Shown: positions 18,064 through 27,511 of the stretch, piece by piece
Layout: each line of letters begins with the position of its first letter
Position numbering within the stretch: position 1 is the stretch's first letter
Source of the DNA: Candidatus Zixiibacteriota bacterium
GTDB taxonomy: Bacteria; Zixibacteria; MSB-5A5; GN15; FEB-12
Direction: 5' to 3'
DNA length: 64,000 nt
Assembly: GCA_022571845.1 (NCBI GenBank)
Contig: JACZXB010000004.1
Span: forward strand, 101,578 to 165,577
Made by a program: the position numbers and the translations under genes
The notes under the pieces: model-generated
Database searches by the model: none
Told to the model about the DNA's origin: nothing
What the model saw: only the letters and a program-made list of their open reading frames with translations

Positions 18064-18927
18064 TTATACGTGGTCAGCCGCTGACTTATGAATCTCAGCA
18101 TAGGTAGGCTGGTACGCGTGATTATCAGGAACATCTATCGTGACCATACTTGAGCAGCCAATCAAAACATTGTGGCCGACTTTGATTTTATCTCTTAGCA
18201 TTGCTTGGGGAGCAATCCAGCAGTCCCTGCCGATTTGTACCCCGCCTGAAATTGAAACTCCTGACATGATTCTGGTGCCGCTGGCGATTGTTACGTTGTG
18301 CGCTATCTGAACCATGTTATCGATACGGATATTGCTTTCTATTATGGTGTTGCCAAAAGTGCCGCAGTCTATGACCGAGCCGGGACCAATCTCAACGTTG
18401 TTACCTATGGTGACTCCGCCAAAGTGCGGCATCGAAACGAATTCCCCATTTGAGTCGCGGGAAAAACCAAAGCCGGCCTCGCCTATTACTGCGTTGGCGC
18501 CTATTATGCAATTGTCGCCTATAGTCACATTGGCATAGACAATCGCGCCGGCCTGAATAAGACTGTTTCTGGGCTGACTGCCATCGGGATTGCGCGCCCA
18601 TCTCTCTCTTGGTTGCAGCAGTTTGCCGTATTTTCTACAAGCGATTTGTGAGAAAAGTAGTTGCGGGTTGTCTGATAAGACAATCGTTTTGCCTGTTATT
18701 TTTTTAATTTCAATTTCGCATTTTAGATCAACATGGCAGACAATGACAGCTGCCGGGCTTTGGGCGATTGTATCAATATTCCCGCCGTTATAGTAAGCAA
18801 ACACGCCACTATCTGAAATTGAGCCGGGACGATTAGGAAACTCAATTAGAGAAAACATATTTTCGTTATCCGCGGTATCAATCATAAGAGCTTGTGCATC
18901 TGGATTTGTTATTATTCTACCAGACAT
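18064..18927 (-). CDS. LpxD-like hexapeptide-repeat (left-handed beta-helix) N-acyl/acetyltransferase
   Basis: Repeated [LIV]-G-x-x-x-x hexapeptides (VTIGDNCIIGANAVIGEAGFGF, VTIGNNVEIGPGSVID, VTIASGTRIMSGVSISGGVQIGRDCWI). Confidence 0.7.
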   Translation of the reverse strand: MSGRIITNPDAQALMIDTADNENMFSLIEFPNRPGSISDSGVFAYYNGGNIDTIAQSPAAVIVCHVDLKCEIEIKKITGKTIVLSDNPQLLFSQIACRKYGKLLQPRERWARNPDGSQPRNSLIQAGAIVYANVTIGDNCIIGANAVIGEAGFGFSRDSNGEFVSMPHFGGVTIGNNVEIGPGSVIDCGTFGNTIIESNIRIDNMVQIAHNVTIASGTRIMSGVSISGGVQIGRDCWIAPQAMLRDKIKVGHNVLIGCSSMVTIDVPDNHAYQPTYAEIHKSAADHV

Positions 18928-20066
18928 GTTTCAAGTTCCGCTGTTTGTGGTTCTTGGTAAATTTTCGGAGTTATCAGGTCCATCAATGTTTCTGCAACTT
19001 TTCGTGCTTCCTCTTTTGTCATAGCCGCATACAATGGCAGAGCAAGACCCTGCTTTTGAAGTACGGTCGCAGCAGGACAAGTATCTGATGGTATTGCAAA
19101 AAGCGGCAGTTGGTGCGCTGCCGGAGACCCTATGTTTGTTTCTATTCTGCTCTCTGCCATTCCAGATATAATATTATCGCGGTCAATTTCTTTGTCTAAG
19201 AGAACCATTAGCGTTTGAATAGCTATTTCGAAATTTTCCGAATGTTCTGAATTTGACAGGTACTCAGGAAGAGTTATGCTATCTTGCCCGTCGAGTATTT
19301 CCGAATATGTTTCTATGATATATTTTCTTTTTGAGAGAATAGTTTTTAGTTTACTCAATTGCACCAGACCGATCGCAGCCTGAATATCTGTCATGCGGTA
19401 ATTTAATCCGGCTGATTTGAGATTTCCGTGATTTCGCAGCGCACGGCATTTTTCAGCGAACTCGGTGCTGTCTGTTATGATAGCGCCACCCTCACCGGTA
19501 GTAATAATTTTACGCGGATGGAAACTGAATATTCCTGCTAAGCCAAAAGTACCTGCCTGCCGCCCGTTTATTTTTGTGCCAAGCGCACAGGCGGAGTCTT
19601 CGATAACTTTTAGGTTATAGTTAGTTGCAATTTCTAACACTTTGCTAATGTCACAAGGCGCGCCAAACTGATGAACGGGCAAGATTGCTTTTACTCTGAT
19701 GCCTTCTGACTTTGACTGTTGAATTATGTTTTCAAGCAGATCAACATTTAAATTGTAATCAGATGTTTTTGAATCAACGAATATTGGTTTTGCTCCAAGC
19801 AGATGTGCGATATTGGCAGCCGATGGCCAGGCGAAACTTGGGATAATAATTCCATCACCCTGCCGAATGCCTAAGGCCATAAAGCAGATGTGAAGAGCTG
19901 CTGTGCCTGAGGTTACTGCTATACAATATTTCGAACCACACTGCTTGGCGATGCTTGTCTCAAAATCGGAAACTTGTTTTCCCTGCATTATCCAGCCTGA
20001 GTCTAAGACTCTGCTGACGGCTTCTTTTTCTTTTTCGTCAAAAAATGGTTTAGCTAAAGATATCAT
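18912..20066 (-). CDS. DegT/DnrJ/EryC1/StrS-family PLP-dependent sugar aminotransferase
   Basis: FDEKEKEAVSRVLDSGWIMQG; the PLP-lysine context SFHPRKIITTGEGGAI; NLRMTDIQAAIGLVQL-type motif. Confidence 0.85.
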   Translation of the reverse strand: MISLAKPFFDEKEKEAVSRVLDSGWIMQGKQVSDFETSIAKQCGSKYCIAVTSGTAALHICFMALGIRQGDGIIIPSFAWPSAANIAHLLGAKPIFVDSKTSDYNLNVDLLENIIQQSKSEGIRVKAILPVHQFGAPCDISKVLEIATNYNLKVIEDSACALGTKINGRQAGTFGLAGIFSFHPRKIITTGEGGAIITDSTEFAEKCRALRNHGNLKSAGLNYRMTDIQAAIGLVQLSKLKTILSKRKYIIETYSEILDGQDSITLPEYLSNSEHSENFEIAIQTLMVLLDKEIDRDNIISGMAESRIETNIGSPAAHQLPLFAIPSDTCPAATVLQKQGLALPLYAAMTKEEARKVAETLMDLITPKIYQEPQTAELETCLVE

Positions 20067-21106
20067 GAAGCTGCTGTCAACTCTGTGTCGGTAATTTTGT
20101 TGTTTTTGTCAGTGTGTTTTTCTAAACTATTTAGCCGCCGGTAATAATCGGCAGTAAGTTTTATGCCAGCTTCTAAATCGATCTTTGCTTCAAAACCTAT
20201 CAGCCTTTTGGCTTTTTCCACGCCGGGGACGCGAAGTTCTACGTCAGGCCCTGAGCGTGATACAAACTTTATTTTTGAATCTCCGCCTAAGACTCTCAAA
20301 ATAGTTTGGGCTAAGCCATAGACAGTAATTACTGCCCGGGCATTACCGATATTAAATGATTCACCAACTGCCGCCGGATGGGCAATGGCGGTCAAAAGAC
20401 CATCGACAAAATCTTCGATATAACACCAGGCGCGTATTTGGTTGCCGTCGCGGTGAATAAGCAGGTCTTCGTTATTTATTGCTCTGCGAATAAAAGTAGT
20501 CATAGCGCCTTCGCCTACTTGCCCCGGACCATAGACATTAAACGGCCGCACGCTTACTGTCGGCATATTATATTCCTGATGGTAGGCTTTAGTCAGATGC
20601 TCGGCGGCAAGTTTACTTACAGCATACGTCCAGCGCGCTTCGCCGACAGCGCCAATGCTGGTGTTATCGGTTTCTTCGGAACGGAACGCTTCACGCCCGA
20701 AAACTTCACTGGTTGAAAAATTTACGAACCGTTCCAGGTTGCTAAGTGTGGCCGCGGCTTCGATAACTTTGGCAGTTCCCACCATGTTAGTGCGCATTGT
20801 TTCGGTCGGGTGTTTTATTACTGTATCTATCCCGGCGACCGCTGCGCAGTGCACAACAATATGAGAGCCTCTGATTACCTGGTGCAGTTTGGGGTAATCG
20901 AGAATGTCACCGTCTATGACCGTCAAATTCGGATGGGTAGCAAACGAGTTTTGTTTTAGAGAATTTCTTCTGAAATTATCGTAGATGACAATCTTGTTTT
21001 TCTCTATCAATCGACCCACTAATTTTGAACCGATAAAACCGGCACCACCGGTAATGAAAATCTGTCTGTTTTCGATTTTGAGCACACGTTCTCTTATTGA
21101 TTTCAC
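20063..21106 (-). CDS. NAD-dependent nucleotide-sugar epimerase/dehydratase (extended SDR)
   Basis: Rossmann motif ITGGAGFIGSKL and catalytic YAVSKLAAE (YxxxK). ATGA overlap with the aminotransferase gene. Confidence 0.85.
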   Translation of the reverse strand: MKSIRERVLKIENRQIFITGGAGFIGSKLVGRLIEKNKIVIYDNFRRNSLKQNSFATHPNLTVIDGDILDYPKLHQVIRGSHIVVHCAAVAGIDTVIKHPTETMRTNMVGTAKVIEAAATLSNLERFVNFSTSEVFGREAFRSEETDNTSIGAVGEARWTYAVSKLAAEHLTKAYHQEYNMPTVSVRPFNVYGPGQVGEGAMTTFIRRAINNEDLLIHRDGNQIRAWCYIEDFVDGLLTAIAHPAAVGESFNIGNARAVITVYGLAQTILRVLGGDSKIKFVSRSGPDVELRVPGVEKAKRLIGFEAKIDLEAGIKLTADYYRRLNSLEKHTDKNNKITDTELTAAS

Positions 21107-21260
21107 AATTATAGTAAAAGCAACGGCTGTGCCGGTACCGGACTGCGTTGCTAAGTGCTTGTTGTATTGAATGTTACAGCTGCAAGGCGTGCGGTTAGAG
21201 TCTTGATTTTAGGCCTTAAATGGAAGGGATTTCCGAGATTATTTGAAAGAATTTCTGACT

Positions 21261-21290
21261 AAAAAAAGTCAGGGCCACAAGGGCCCTGAC
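21261..21290 (-). terminator. Rho-independent terminator of the TonB-dependent receptor gene
   Basis: On the minus strand, GTCAGGGCC-cttgt-GGCCCTGAC is followed by TTTTTTT. Confidence 0.8.
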
Positions 21291-21315
21291 CTACAATTTG
21301 GAAAGGATTTTAGAT

Positions 21316-24171
21316 TTAGAATGATTTTTTGATGCGGAAGATTGCCAGCCTGCCGAGTCTGGGAGCACCGACAAATTCAATATGCTCGTTGTTTAAGATA
21401 TTTTGAATCGTCAAAGTAAGATTTGTACCGGGCATTGCTTCCCAGTCAAAGTTGGCATCAATAACAGAATACTGTTTTACCTCTACTCCTGCAAACGGGC
21501 TGGACATTTCAAAGGCATCTACCCAGCGCAGGCGGGCATCGATTGCCAGGCCCAATTTCTGATCAGTGAATCGTGCCTGAGCACCGAATTTATGTTTTGG
21601 CGCATTAAGAAAAATATCACGAATCTGGTCGGGCCCTTTTTCAAACAACTTCTTGGATACAAAAGAATAAGTGCCACGCACTGCCCAGGAGCGGTTAAGC
21701 TGAATGTCGAGGGCAAAGTCTGCTCCGTAGAAAGTTATCTCACCAAAGTTTCGGTTTGTTACCAGAAGAGCATCGGGGTTAAGAGCCTCTACGGGCGTAA
21801 CTGTACCAAAGGGAATTGACGCCGCACCGGTAGTGAACAAAGTAATCAGTTCTTCAACCGGAGAACCGTCGTTGTTGCCTCCAAAAGTAGAATCATCAAG
21901 TAGGAGTAGTACTGCTTGATCTGCAGGGCTAGCGCCGGCGTATGCAGCAGCGATGTCTCCTGTCAAGGAAGCCGCAAGGGTAGCCGGGTCCAAAAATACG
22001 TTAGGAGTTTCTACAGTAAGTGGACCAATGAAATCAAATTTCTTGGTACGATAAAAGTCGGCACTAAATTGAATTCTGTCGTTGATGATCCCTTTGTAGC
22101 CAATCTCAAAAGTTTCTGTAATTGTCGGTCTCATACGGCCGATATCAGCAATGTCTGCAATAGTTGATGGCTCAAAGCCCAGAATATCCGCATTAAATGT
22201 CATCAAAGTATTATTAACACCACTTACTGTATCTGGTGCGACGTTATTCAGTGCTGTATCCATAGCTGCTCTAGTCGCACTATCTGCAATAACACCCGTA
22301 ATTCCTGAAATCGTAGCACCGCGGCCCAGACTCCACATTAGACCAGTAAAAAATGGGTTGTTAAAATCTATGAAATCTGATGATGTCATCCCCAACAAAG
22401 GCGCAAATGTTGAACGAAATTGCGGATTACCGTTAGTATCGTATCTCCAGTTAAAGCCAGAGCTTGGAACTCCCTGCACATGAATGTCTATGCCAGCATC
22501 GTAACCTATACTTGGTAGAAAAGCAGCGCCTATCCCAAAGGGGTCCACTGCCTGGAGAAGATCGAGAAAGAGGGTGTTGTTATCGGGCGTCGAGAAAGCA
22601 CGGTTGTAAGTGCCGCGAAAGCTATTGTTTGAATTCGGCTGATAAACCAGTCCGGCACGAGGCGACCATAACTGATCTTCGAGCCTGCTGTGGTCATCAA
22701 CTCGCAGTGCTCCCACAAATTTTAACATATCAGAAAGTTTATAGTCTGTCTGAAGATAAACACCAATCTCATCGGTGTTGTCGTCATCTTCGTTACGGCC
22801 GTTTATGGTAGCTTCGGTCTCGGGACGTGTGAAAAGAAGATCCAGACCATAAGTAAGACTCATTCTGTCCGAAGGTTTGTAGCGATGCTGAATCTGTCCG
22901 GCCATTAGTTTGGAACGATCCACAATAAGCTGACCCGAGCGAAGCAGATAGGTATCGCCAGCATCGCTGGCATTAACAAATGTCTGTACAAAAAGATCTT
23001 TGTATTTCAATCTGGCCTGTCCGTACCAGTAAATCCAGTCGATTGCCTGTCCGGCGCCAAGGCCGGTCAGTTCAATGTTGCTTGACCGGTTTAAGCCGCT
23101 ATTAAATATTAGTGAAGTATTATCGCCTAATAGAAAATCAATTCTGCCTTCTCCGGAAAACTTTTTAATATCATAATTGCGCTCGTTGGCAAAAGTGCTG
23201 CCTTCAAACTGTGGGCCGCTCGGACCCGGACGGAAAAGTTGGATGGAGTCCGGCTCAAATTCATCATTTTCACTACCATGAAGTTTCCAGTCAAGGCCCT
23301 GATAATACTGACCCGAAATCTTAAAAGCTACTTTTTCACTTAGCGAAGAAGCATGCCGGAAAGAACCGATAAATAGTTCCCGCTCGCCGCCGCCTACTGA
23401 TACCGTCGTGCCCTGATGACTGAATGGAGATTTGGTAATCATATGCAGCACACCTGCGGCAGCATTGGGGCCGTACAAGGCCGAGCCCGGACCGCTGACA
23501 ACTTCAATACTCTGGATATCTTCGTCAGTTGTAGGAATGAACTGATAGGCGTTAAACCTAAGCGACGGCACCCGGGCGATGCGGTTATCAACCATGACCA
23601 TTAGCGCACCCGAAAAAAGATTGTTAAAGCCGCGAACCACCACGTTGGACTGATTTAAGCCTGTCGAAACAACATCGACAGACGGCAGACCTCTGACGTG
23701 GTCGGCAGGTGAAAGGGCAGTATGAGAAGCAATATACTCTTCACTTACTACATGAACCGCCGCGGGGGCGTCGACTAATTTTTCTTCGGCACGTGAAGCT
23801 GTCACAGATATATCTTGCAGAGTAATTATCTTCAGCGTGAGTACAAAGTTGTGAGTCAGCTCGCTGTCTCCGAGTGTCACCGTAAAAGTCTGCGACGTGT
23901 ATGATACATGGGTAACAGTCAGCAGATAAGCTCCTGCCGAAAGACCTAAGATTGAATAATTTCCATTATCATCAGCCCTGACTGAAATCGCCTCTGCCGC
24001 TCCTTCTACCGCCAGAGCCGTAACAGTTGCCCGGCCGAGTCCACTGCCATCTACCTGACTGCTAACCTGCCCTGATATCGTGACGGCGTTTGCGGTTGTA
24101 GTTATTGACAAAAAGCAAAAAACCGCGACTGCTAATGCAAAGATTTGTAGCCCGTTCTTGGATAAATTCAT
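21316..24171 (-). CDS. TonB-dependent outer-membrane receptor with N-terminal CarboxypepD_reg domain
   Basis: Signal peptide. CarboxypepD_reg-like ISGQV...DDNGNYSILGLSAGAYLLTVTHVSY. Plug motifs (VDVVSTGLNQSNVVVRGF, IEVVSGPGSALYGPNAAAGVL). C-terminal barrel ends in ...FRIKKSF. Confidence 0.9.
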   Translation of the reverse strand: MNLSKNGLQIFALAVAVFCFLSITTTANAVTISGQVSSQVDGSGLGRATVTALAVEGAAEAISVRADDNGNYSILGLSAGAYLLTVTHVSYTSQTFTVTLGDSELTHNFVLTLKIITLQDISVTASRAEEKLVDAPAAVHVVSEEYIASHTALSPADHVRGLPSVDVVSTGLNQSNVVVRGFNNLFSGALMVMVDNRIARVPSLRFNAYQFIPTTDEDIQSIEVVSGPGSALYGPNAAAGVLHMITKSPFSHQGTTVSVGGGERELFIGSFRHASSLSEKVAFKISGQYYQGLDWKLHGSENDEFEPDSIQLFRPGPSGPQFEGSTFANERNYDIKKFSGEGRIDFLLGDNTSLIFNSGLNRSSNIELTGLGAGQAIDWIYWYGQARLKYKDLFVQTFVNASDAGDTYLLRSGQLIVDRSKLMAGQIQHRYKPSDRMSLTYGLDLLFTRPETEATINGRNEDDDNTDEIGVYLQTDYKLSDMLKFVGALRVDDHSRLEDQLWSPRAGLVYQPNSNNSFRGTYNRAFSTPDNNTLFLDLLQAVDPFGIGAAFLPSIGYDAGIDIHVQGVPSSGFNWRYDTNGNPQFRSTFAPLLGMTSSDFIDFNNPFFTGLMWSLGRGATISGITGVIADSATRAAMDTALNNVAPDTVSGVNNTLMTFNADILGFEPSTIADIADIGRMRPTITETFEIGYKGIINDRIQFSADFYRTKKFDFIGPLTVETPNVFLDPATLAASLTGDIAAAYAGASPADQAVLLLLDDSTFGGNNDGSPVEELITLFTTGAASIPFGTVTPVEALNPDALLVTNRNFGEITFYGADFALDIQLNRSWAVRGTYSFVSKKLFEKGPDQIRDIFLNAPKHKFGAQARFTDQKLGLAIDARLRWVDAFEMSSPFAGVEVKQYSVIDANFDWEAMPGTNLTLTIQNILNNEHIEFVGAPRLGRLAIFRIKKSF

Positions 24172-24731
24172 AATCCCTCCAACTTCAGCTTAGATTTAGA
24201 ACCATGCCACTTCGTCACCTCTACAAGGTACGGTTTGGGATGGTTTGTTTGGTACCTTAAGGCTTGACGTGTAGACTATGATTCATTTCTTGGAATCCCG
24301 GTAAATTTGGGGCAATTCCAGCCAGAAATCAAGGGAATTTCAGACACTTAAATGGCAGTTTTTTTGAGAGTGGGCAGAGAAAATTGCTCCTATTGAGCTG
24401 ATGATTTAGCTTATTGCCCGAAAAAACAACTATTTTGAGTCCAAATGACCGTTCGCATAGTAAATTTGTCCGTTTGCAAGATTGGTTTCATATTTTGATA
24501 AATAAGTAGCTATACTCGTCTAAAACAAAGGGCCGCAAAAGGCAGTTTGGACGAAAACTTTGAAGACTTTTGATAAATGGCTGCTTGCTTGACTGGCGCT
24601 GGTTTGGAAAGCTGCGAATACCCCTCGGGCTTTCCTGACTGATAGCTGACTAATTACCTGCCGCAAAAGCTAGTGAAAATTTTGCTGCTCGCCTGCAATT
24701 GTTAATACCGCCCAAAAGTGAGAGGACGATC

Positions 24732-25256
24732 ATGAAGAAAACGTTAATTTCGACAATCATCTTAAGCGCTGCGGTATTGGGCATTACATATGTCAATCGG
24801 CCAGATGCTCCACCGAAAAAGGCGGCCTGGGACATCGATGCCAACGAAGAAGCCTACTACAACATTAAGAAACAAGGCAAGCGCCCGTTCTTGAAGCGAA
24901 TACCAAATCAATCTTTTTCCCAGCAGCGTGCATATCCTTATGATGAAATACCAAAAGAAAGGTATTTTGCGGCGATGAAAGATGTTCAGGCCCGCAGAAA
25001 ATTGTTTCGCTCATCTGCAGCAACGGGCCGGCAGTTAACCTGGGCTGCTGCCGGGCCTACCAATATCCCCGGTCGTCTGGCAGCGCTGGCGGTACATCCT
25101 TCGGACTCCAATACAATTTATATAGGCAATCCTGGCTCCTGTCCCGAAGAAAGTGACATGAATGGAGACGGCACCCCTGCCAATATCCTCGACTTAACTG
25201 TCCTGGTTGACTTTATTTTCCCCGGAAGCGCAACTCCGTCGGGTGCTTGCCTTTAG
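24732..25256 (+). CDS. Small secreted protein. The N-terminus resembles large BNR/sortilin-type beta-propeller proteins and is fused directly to a dockerin-like C-terminal motif. Possible deletion remnant.
   Basis: GAGAGGA RBS before the ATG at 24732. Signal/anchor MKKTLISTIILSAAVLG. WAAAGPTNIPGRLAALAVHPSDSNTIYIG matches the first blade of BNR-type propellers. It is followed immediately by DMNGDGTPANILDLTVLVDFIF, a D-x-N-x-D-G dockerin/EF-hand-like loop. Confidence 0.45.
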   Translation: MKKTLISTIILSAAVLGITYVNRPDAPPKKAAWDIDANEEAYYNIKKQGKRPFLKRIPNQSFSQQRAYPYDEIPKERYFAAMKDVQARRKLFRSSAATGRQLTWAAAGPTNIPGRLAALAVHPSDSNTIYIGNPGSCPEESDMNGDGTPANILDLTVLVDFIFPGSATPSGACL

Positions 25257-25304
25257 TTTTAGAAAGTCGGCATTAATAAATATATGCAAGAGGCAAGGCT
25301 AATT

Positions 25305-26471
25305 TTACTTGCGGCTGCCGCTGTACATTTCGAATTTCAACAGCCTGCATTCAATTGAGCCGTTATACAGTTGAATGCGGCGGGATGTTCGCAAACCGAT
25401 ATTCTTGGCGGCTTTTAAGTTTCCGGAAAAAACAAACGCGTCATAATCTGTAAAGTTGTGTTTGAAGGCATCCCCGATTGAATGATAGAGTTCTTCTATC
25501 TCATTTATAGAGATACGCTCTCCATAGGGAGGATTTATAATTAGAACCCCCGGTGGCTCGGGCGGAATTAAATCTTTTATGGCGCTATGCTTAAATCTGA
25601 TATTTTCGACTACTCCGGCTTCTTTGGCATTGTCTTTGGAATCATAAACAGCTGCTTCGCGGAGGTCTGCCCCTAAAATTTCAAAATTGAGCTTTGGTAT
25701 GACGGCTTCGCGCGCTTTGCTGCAGACTGAGCCGAACAGTTCTTTGTCGTAGTCCGGCCAATTCATAAAGCCAAATTGTTTTCTGGTTAAACCAGGAGCT
25801 ATATTTCGCGCTAACAGAGCAGCCTCGATTACTATAGTACCCGAACCACACATAGCGTCTACAAATGAACTCTTCTTATCCCATTCCGACTGCATCACAA
25901 TACCTGCTGCGAGAACTTCGTTTAGTGGCGCTTTACCGGTTTTCCTGCGGTAGCCTCGCTTGAACAGCGGTTCCCCCGATGAGTCGATAGCAAGCCTGCA
26001 TTCGTTTTTATAAATATAGATATTTATTCTGATGTCCGGATTGTTTAGTTCTACCGATGGTCGCCGTCCGGATTTGTCACGAAATTGGTCGACTATTGCA
26101 TCTTTTGTTTTTTGTGCTACATAGAGAGAGTTTGTAAATTGTGATTTAGTTATGACCGCGTCAATTGCGAAAGTTTGCTCAATCCCGAGATACTTCTCCC
26201 AGTCAATTTTATAGACTTCTTGGTATAGCTCTTTTTCGTTTGCGGCCTTGAAACTGGCGAATGGTTTCAAAATTCTGGTCGCGGTTCGGCACCATAAATT
26301 TGCTTCATATAATAATCGTTTATCGCCGTAAAATTCAACCGAGCGGTTCATGTTATTTAATTTGCTGGCGCCAAGATCGACCAACTCTTGGGATAAAATT
26401 TCTTCCAAACCGAACAGAGTCTTGGCGATCATCCTGAAGGGATGTCTCTTATTTCCTGTTTCAAACGACAT
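25305..26471 (-). CDS. THUMP-domain class I SAM-dependent RNA methyltransferase (RlmL/YpsC-like, COG0116)
   Basis: N-terminal THUMP-like region, SAM motif DAMCGSGTIVIEAA, and catalytic NPPYGERI. Confidence 0.8.
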   Translation of the reverse strand: MSFETGNKRHPFRMIAKTLFGLEEILSQELVDLGASKLNNMNRSVEFYGDKRLLYEANLWCRTATRILKPFASFKAANEKELYQEVYKIDWEKYLGIEQTFAIDAVITKSQFTNSLYVAQKTKDAIVDQFRDKSGRRPSVELNNPDIRINIYIYKNECRLAIDSSGEPLFKRGYRRKTGKAPLNEVLAAGIVMQSEWDKKSSFVDAMCGSGTIVIEAALLARNIAPGLTRKQFGFMNWPDYDKELFGSVCSKAREAVIPKLNFEILGADLREAAVYDSKDNAKEAGVVENIRFKHSAIKDLIPPEPPGVLIINPPYGERISINEIEELYHSIGDAFKHNFTDYDAFVFSGNLKAAKNIGLRTSRRIQLYNGSIECRLLKFEMYSGSRK

Positions 26472-26554
26472 GGCTCAAATGAAATGATTGTTGCAGAGAT
26501 TTCAAAGAGATAATCCGGCGGGGTCAGCTGAAACAGCACGGTCAGGAGCAGGCC

Positions 26555-27511
26555 TTAGTCACGCTCAATAGACTTAAGTAACAGCCTCCAGGCTTTCACT
26601 TCATTCGCTGGCCTGAAAAGATTTTTTTTATTTTTGCATAATAAGGTAAGTTCATTGTAGAAATCCGTATCACATTCCGCCTTTTGCAAAAGTTTCGCGA
26701 GGGACTTGGTGTCGCCGTATGAAAAGTATCCGGGATACTCTTCACCAAGCATTCCAATAGAGCCCGATATTCGCGTTGAGATAATCGGTACGGACGATAC
26801 AATCGCTTCCGAGACGACGTTGGCACCACCTTCCATCTTTGAAGTTAACACCAACAGCCTGCTTCGCCTCAGAATGCTTTGTGTTTTCCAGCGCGGTATT
26901 TCTCCCAGCCAGCGGTAGCGATGATTTAGGCTCTGTTCTTCTTTCGCGCGATTGGCAAATGAATTATCCAGCGCTGCCCCGATGTGAGAAATCTTTATTT
27001 TAGATGATGCCGGGAGCAGGCCAGCGGCATATGCCGCACGCAGCGGATCCTTTACGCTCCGCAAATTGGCAATGACGCAAACTTCGAAACAGTTCTTTAA
27101 TCGTTTAACGGCTTTCTTACTTGCCGGTAGTGACTGGTAGATGACAACGGTCTTCCTGCGAAGTCTCGGAGATAGTTGTTCGAGCGCATGGGGCTGTAAG
27201 GCAATTAGACGACTGGCCATTTCGAGCGACTCTCGTGCATTTGCAGAAACGTCAATTTTGAGGTAAACGTCAGTACCCGTCAGAGCTACGATTATCGGAC
27301 AGCCCGGATTTTCTGTGTGAAATTTTCGAATTGACTTCCAGCTCTTATATGCGTGCAGCGCCACCAGAAGATCAAACCTGCCGGTTGCATAATTCTGCAG
27401 GACACTAACCTTATGGCCAAGATGCCTCAAAATACGCGCCCATCGCCTGGCCGTGATACTGTTGCCGGTAAGTGATGAATTCGCCGCCGGCGTTATTAAG
27501 CATATTTTCAT
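26555..27511 (-). CDS. SenB-like glycosyltransferase (putative selenosugar/thiosugar synthase family)
   Basis: N-terminus MKICLITPAANSSLTGNSITARRWARILRHLGHKV matches my recollection of the SenB-type family (GN..TA.RWA..L). GT-B C-terminal lobe (LVLTSKMEGGANVVSEAI). ATGA overlap with the upstream EgtB-like gene. Confidence 0.5.
   Translation of the reverse strand: MKICLITPAANSSLTGNSITARRWARILRHLGHKVSVLQNYATGRFDLLVALHAYKSWKSIRKFHTENPGCPIIVALTGTDVYLKIDVSANARESLEMASRLIALQPHALEQLSPRLRRKTVVIYQSLPASKKAVKRLKNCFEVCVIANLRSVKDPLRAAYAAGLLPASSKIKISHIGAALDNSFANRAKEEQSLNHRYRWLGEIPRWKTQSILRRSRLLVLTSKMEGGANVVSEAIVSSVPIISTRISGSIGMLGEEYPGYFSYGDTKSLAKLLQKAECDTDFYNELTLLCKNKKNLFRPANEVKAWRLLLKSIERD

Noticed and set aside
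24172-24698. A cobalamin or TPP riboswitch upstream of the TonB-dependent receptor.
   Set aside because: On the minus-strand leader I could not find a B12-box-like GCCACTG core or the TPP CUGAGA / ACCUGAUCUGGAUAAUGCCAGCG-type elements. I have left it as an unassigned region rather than a call.
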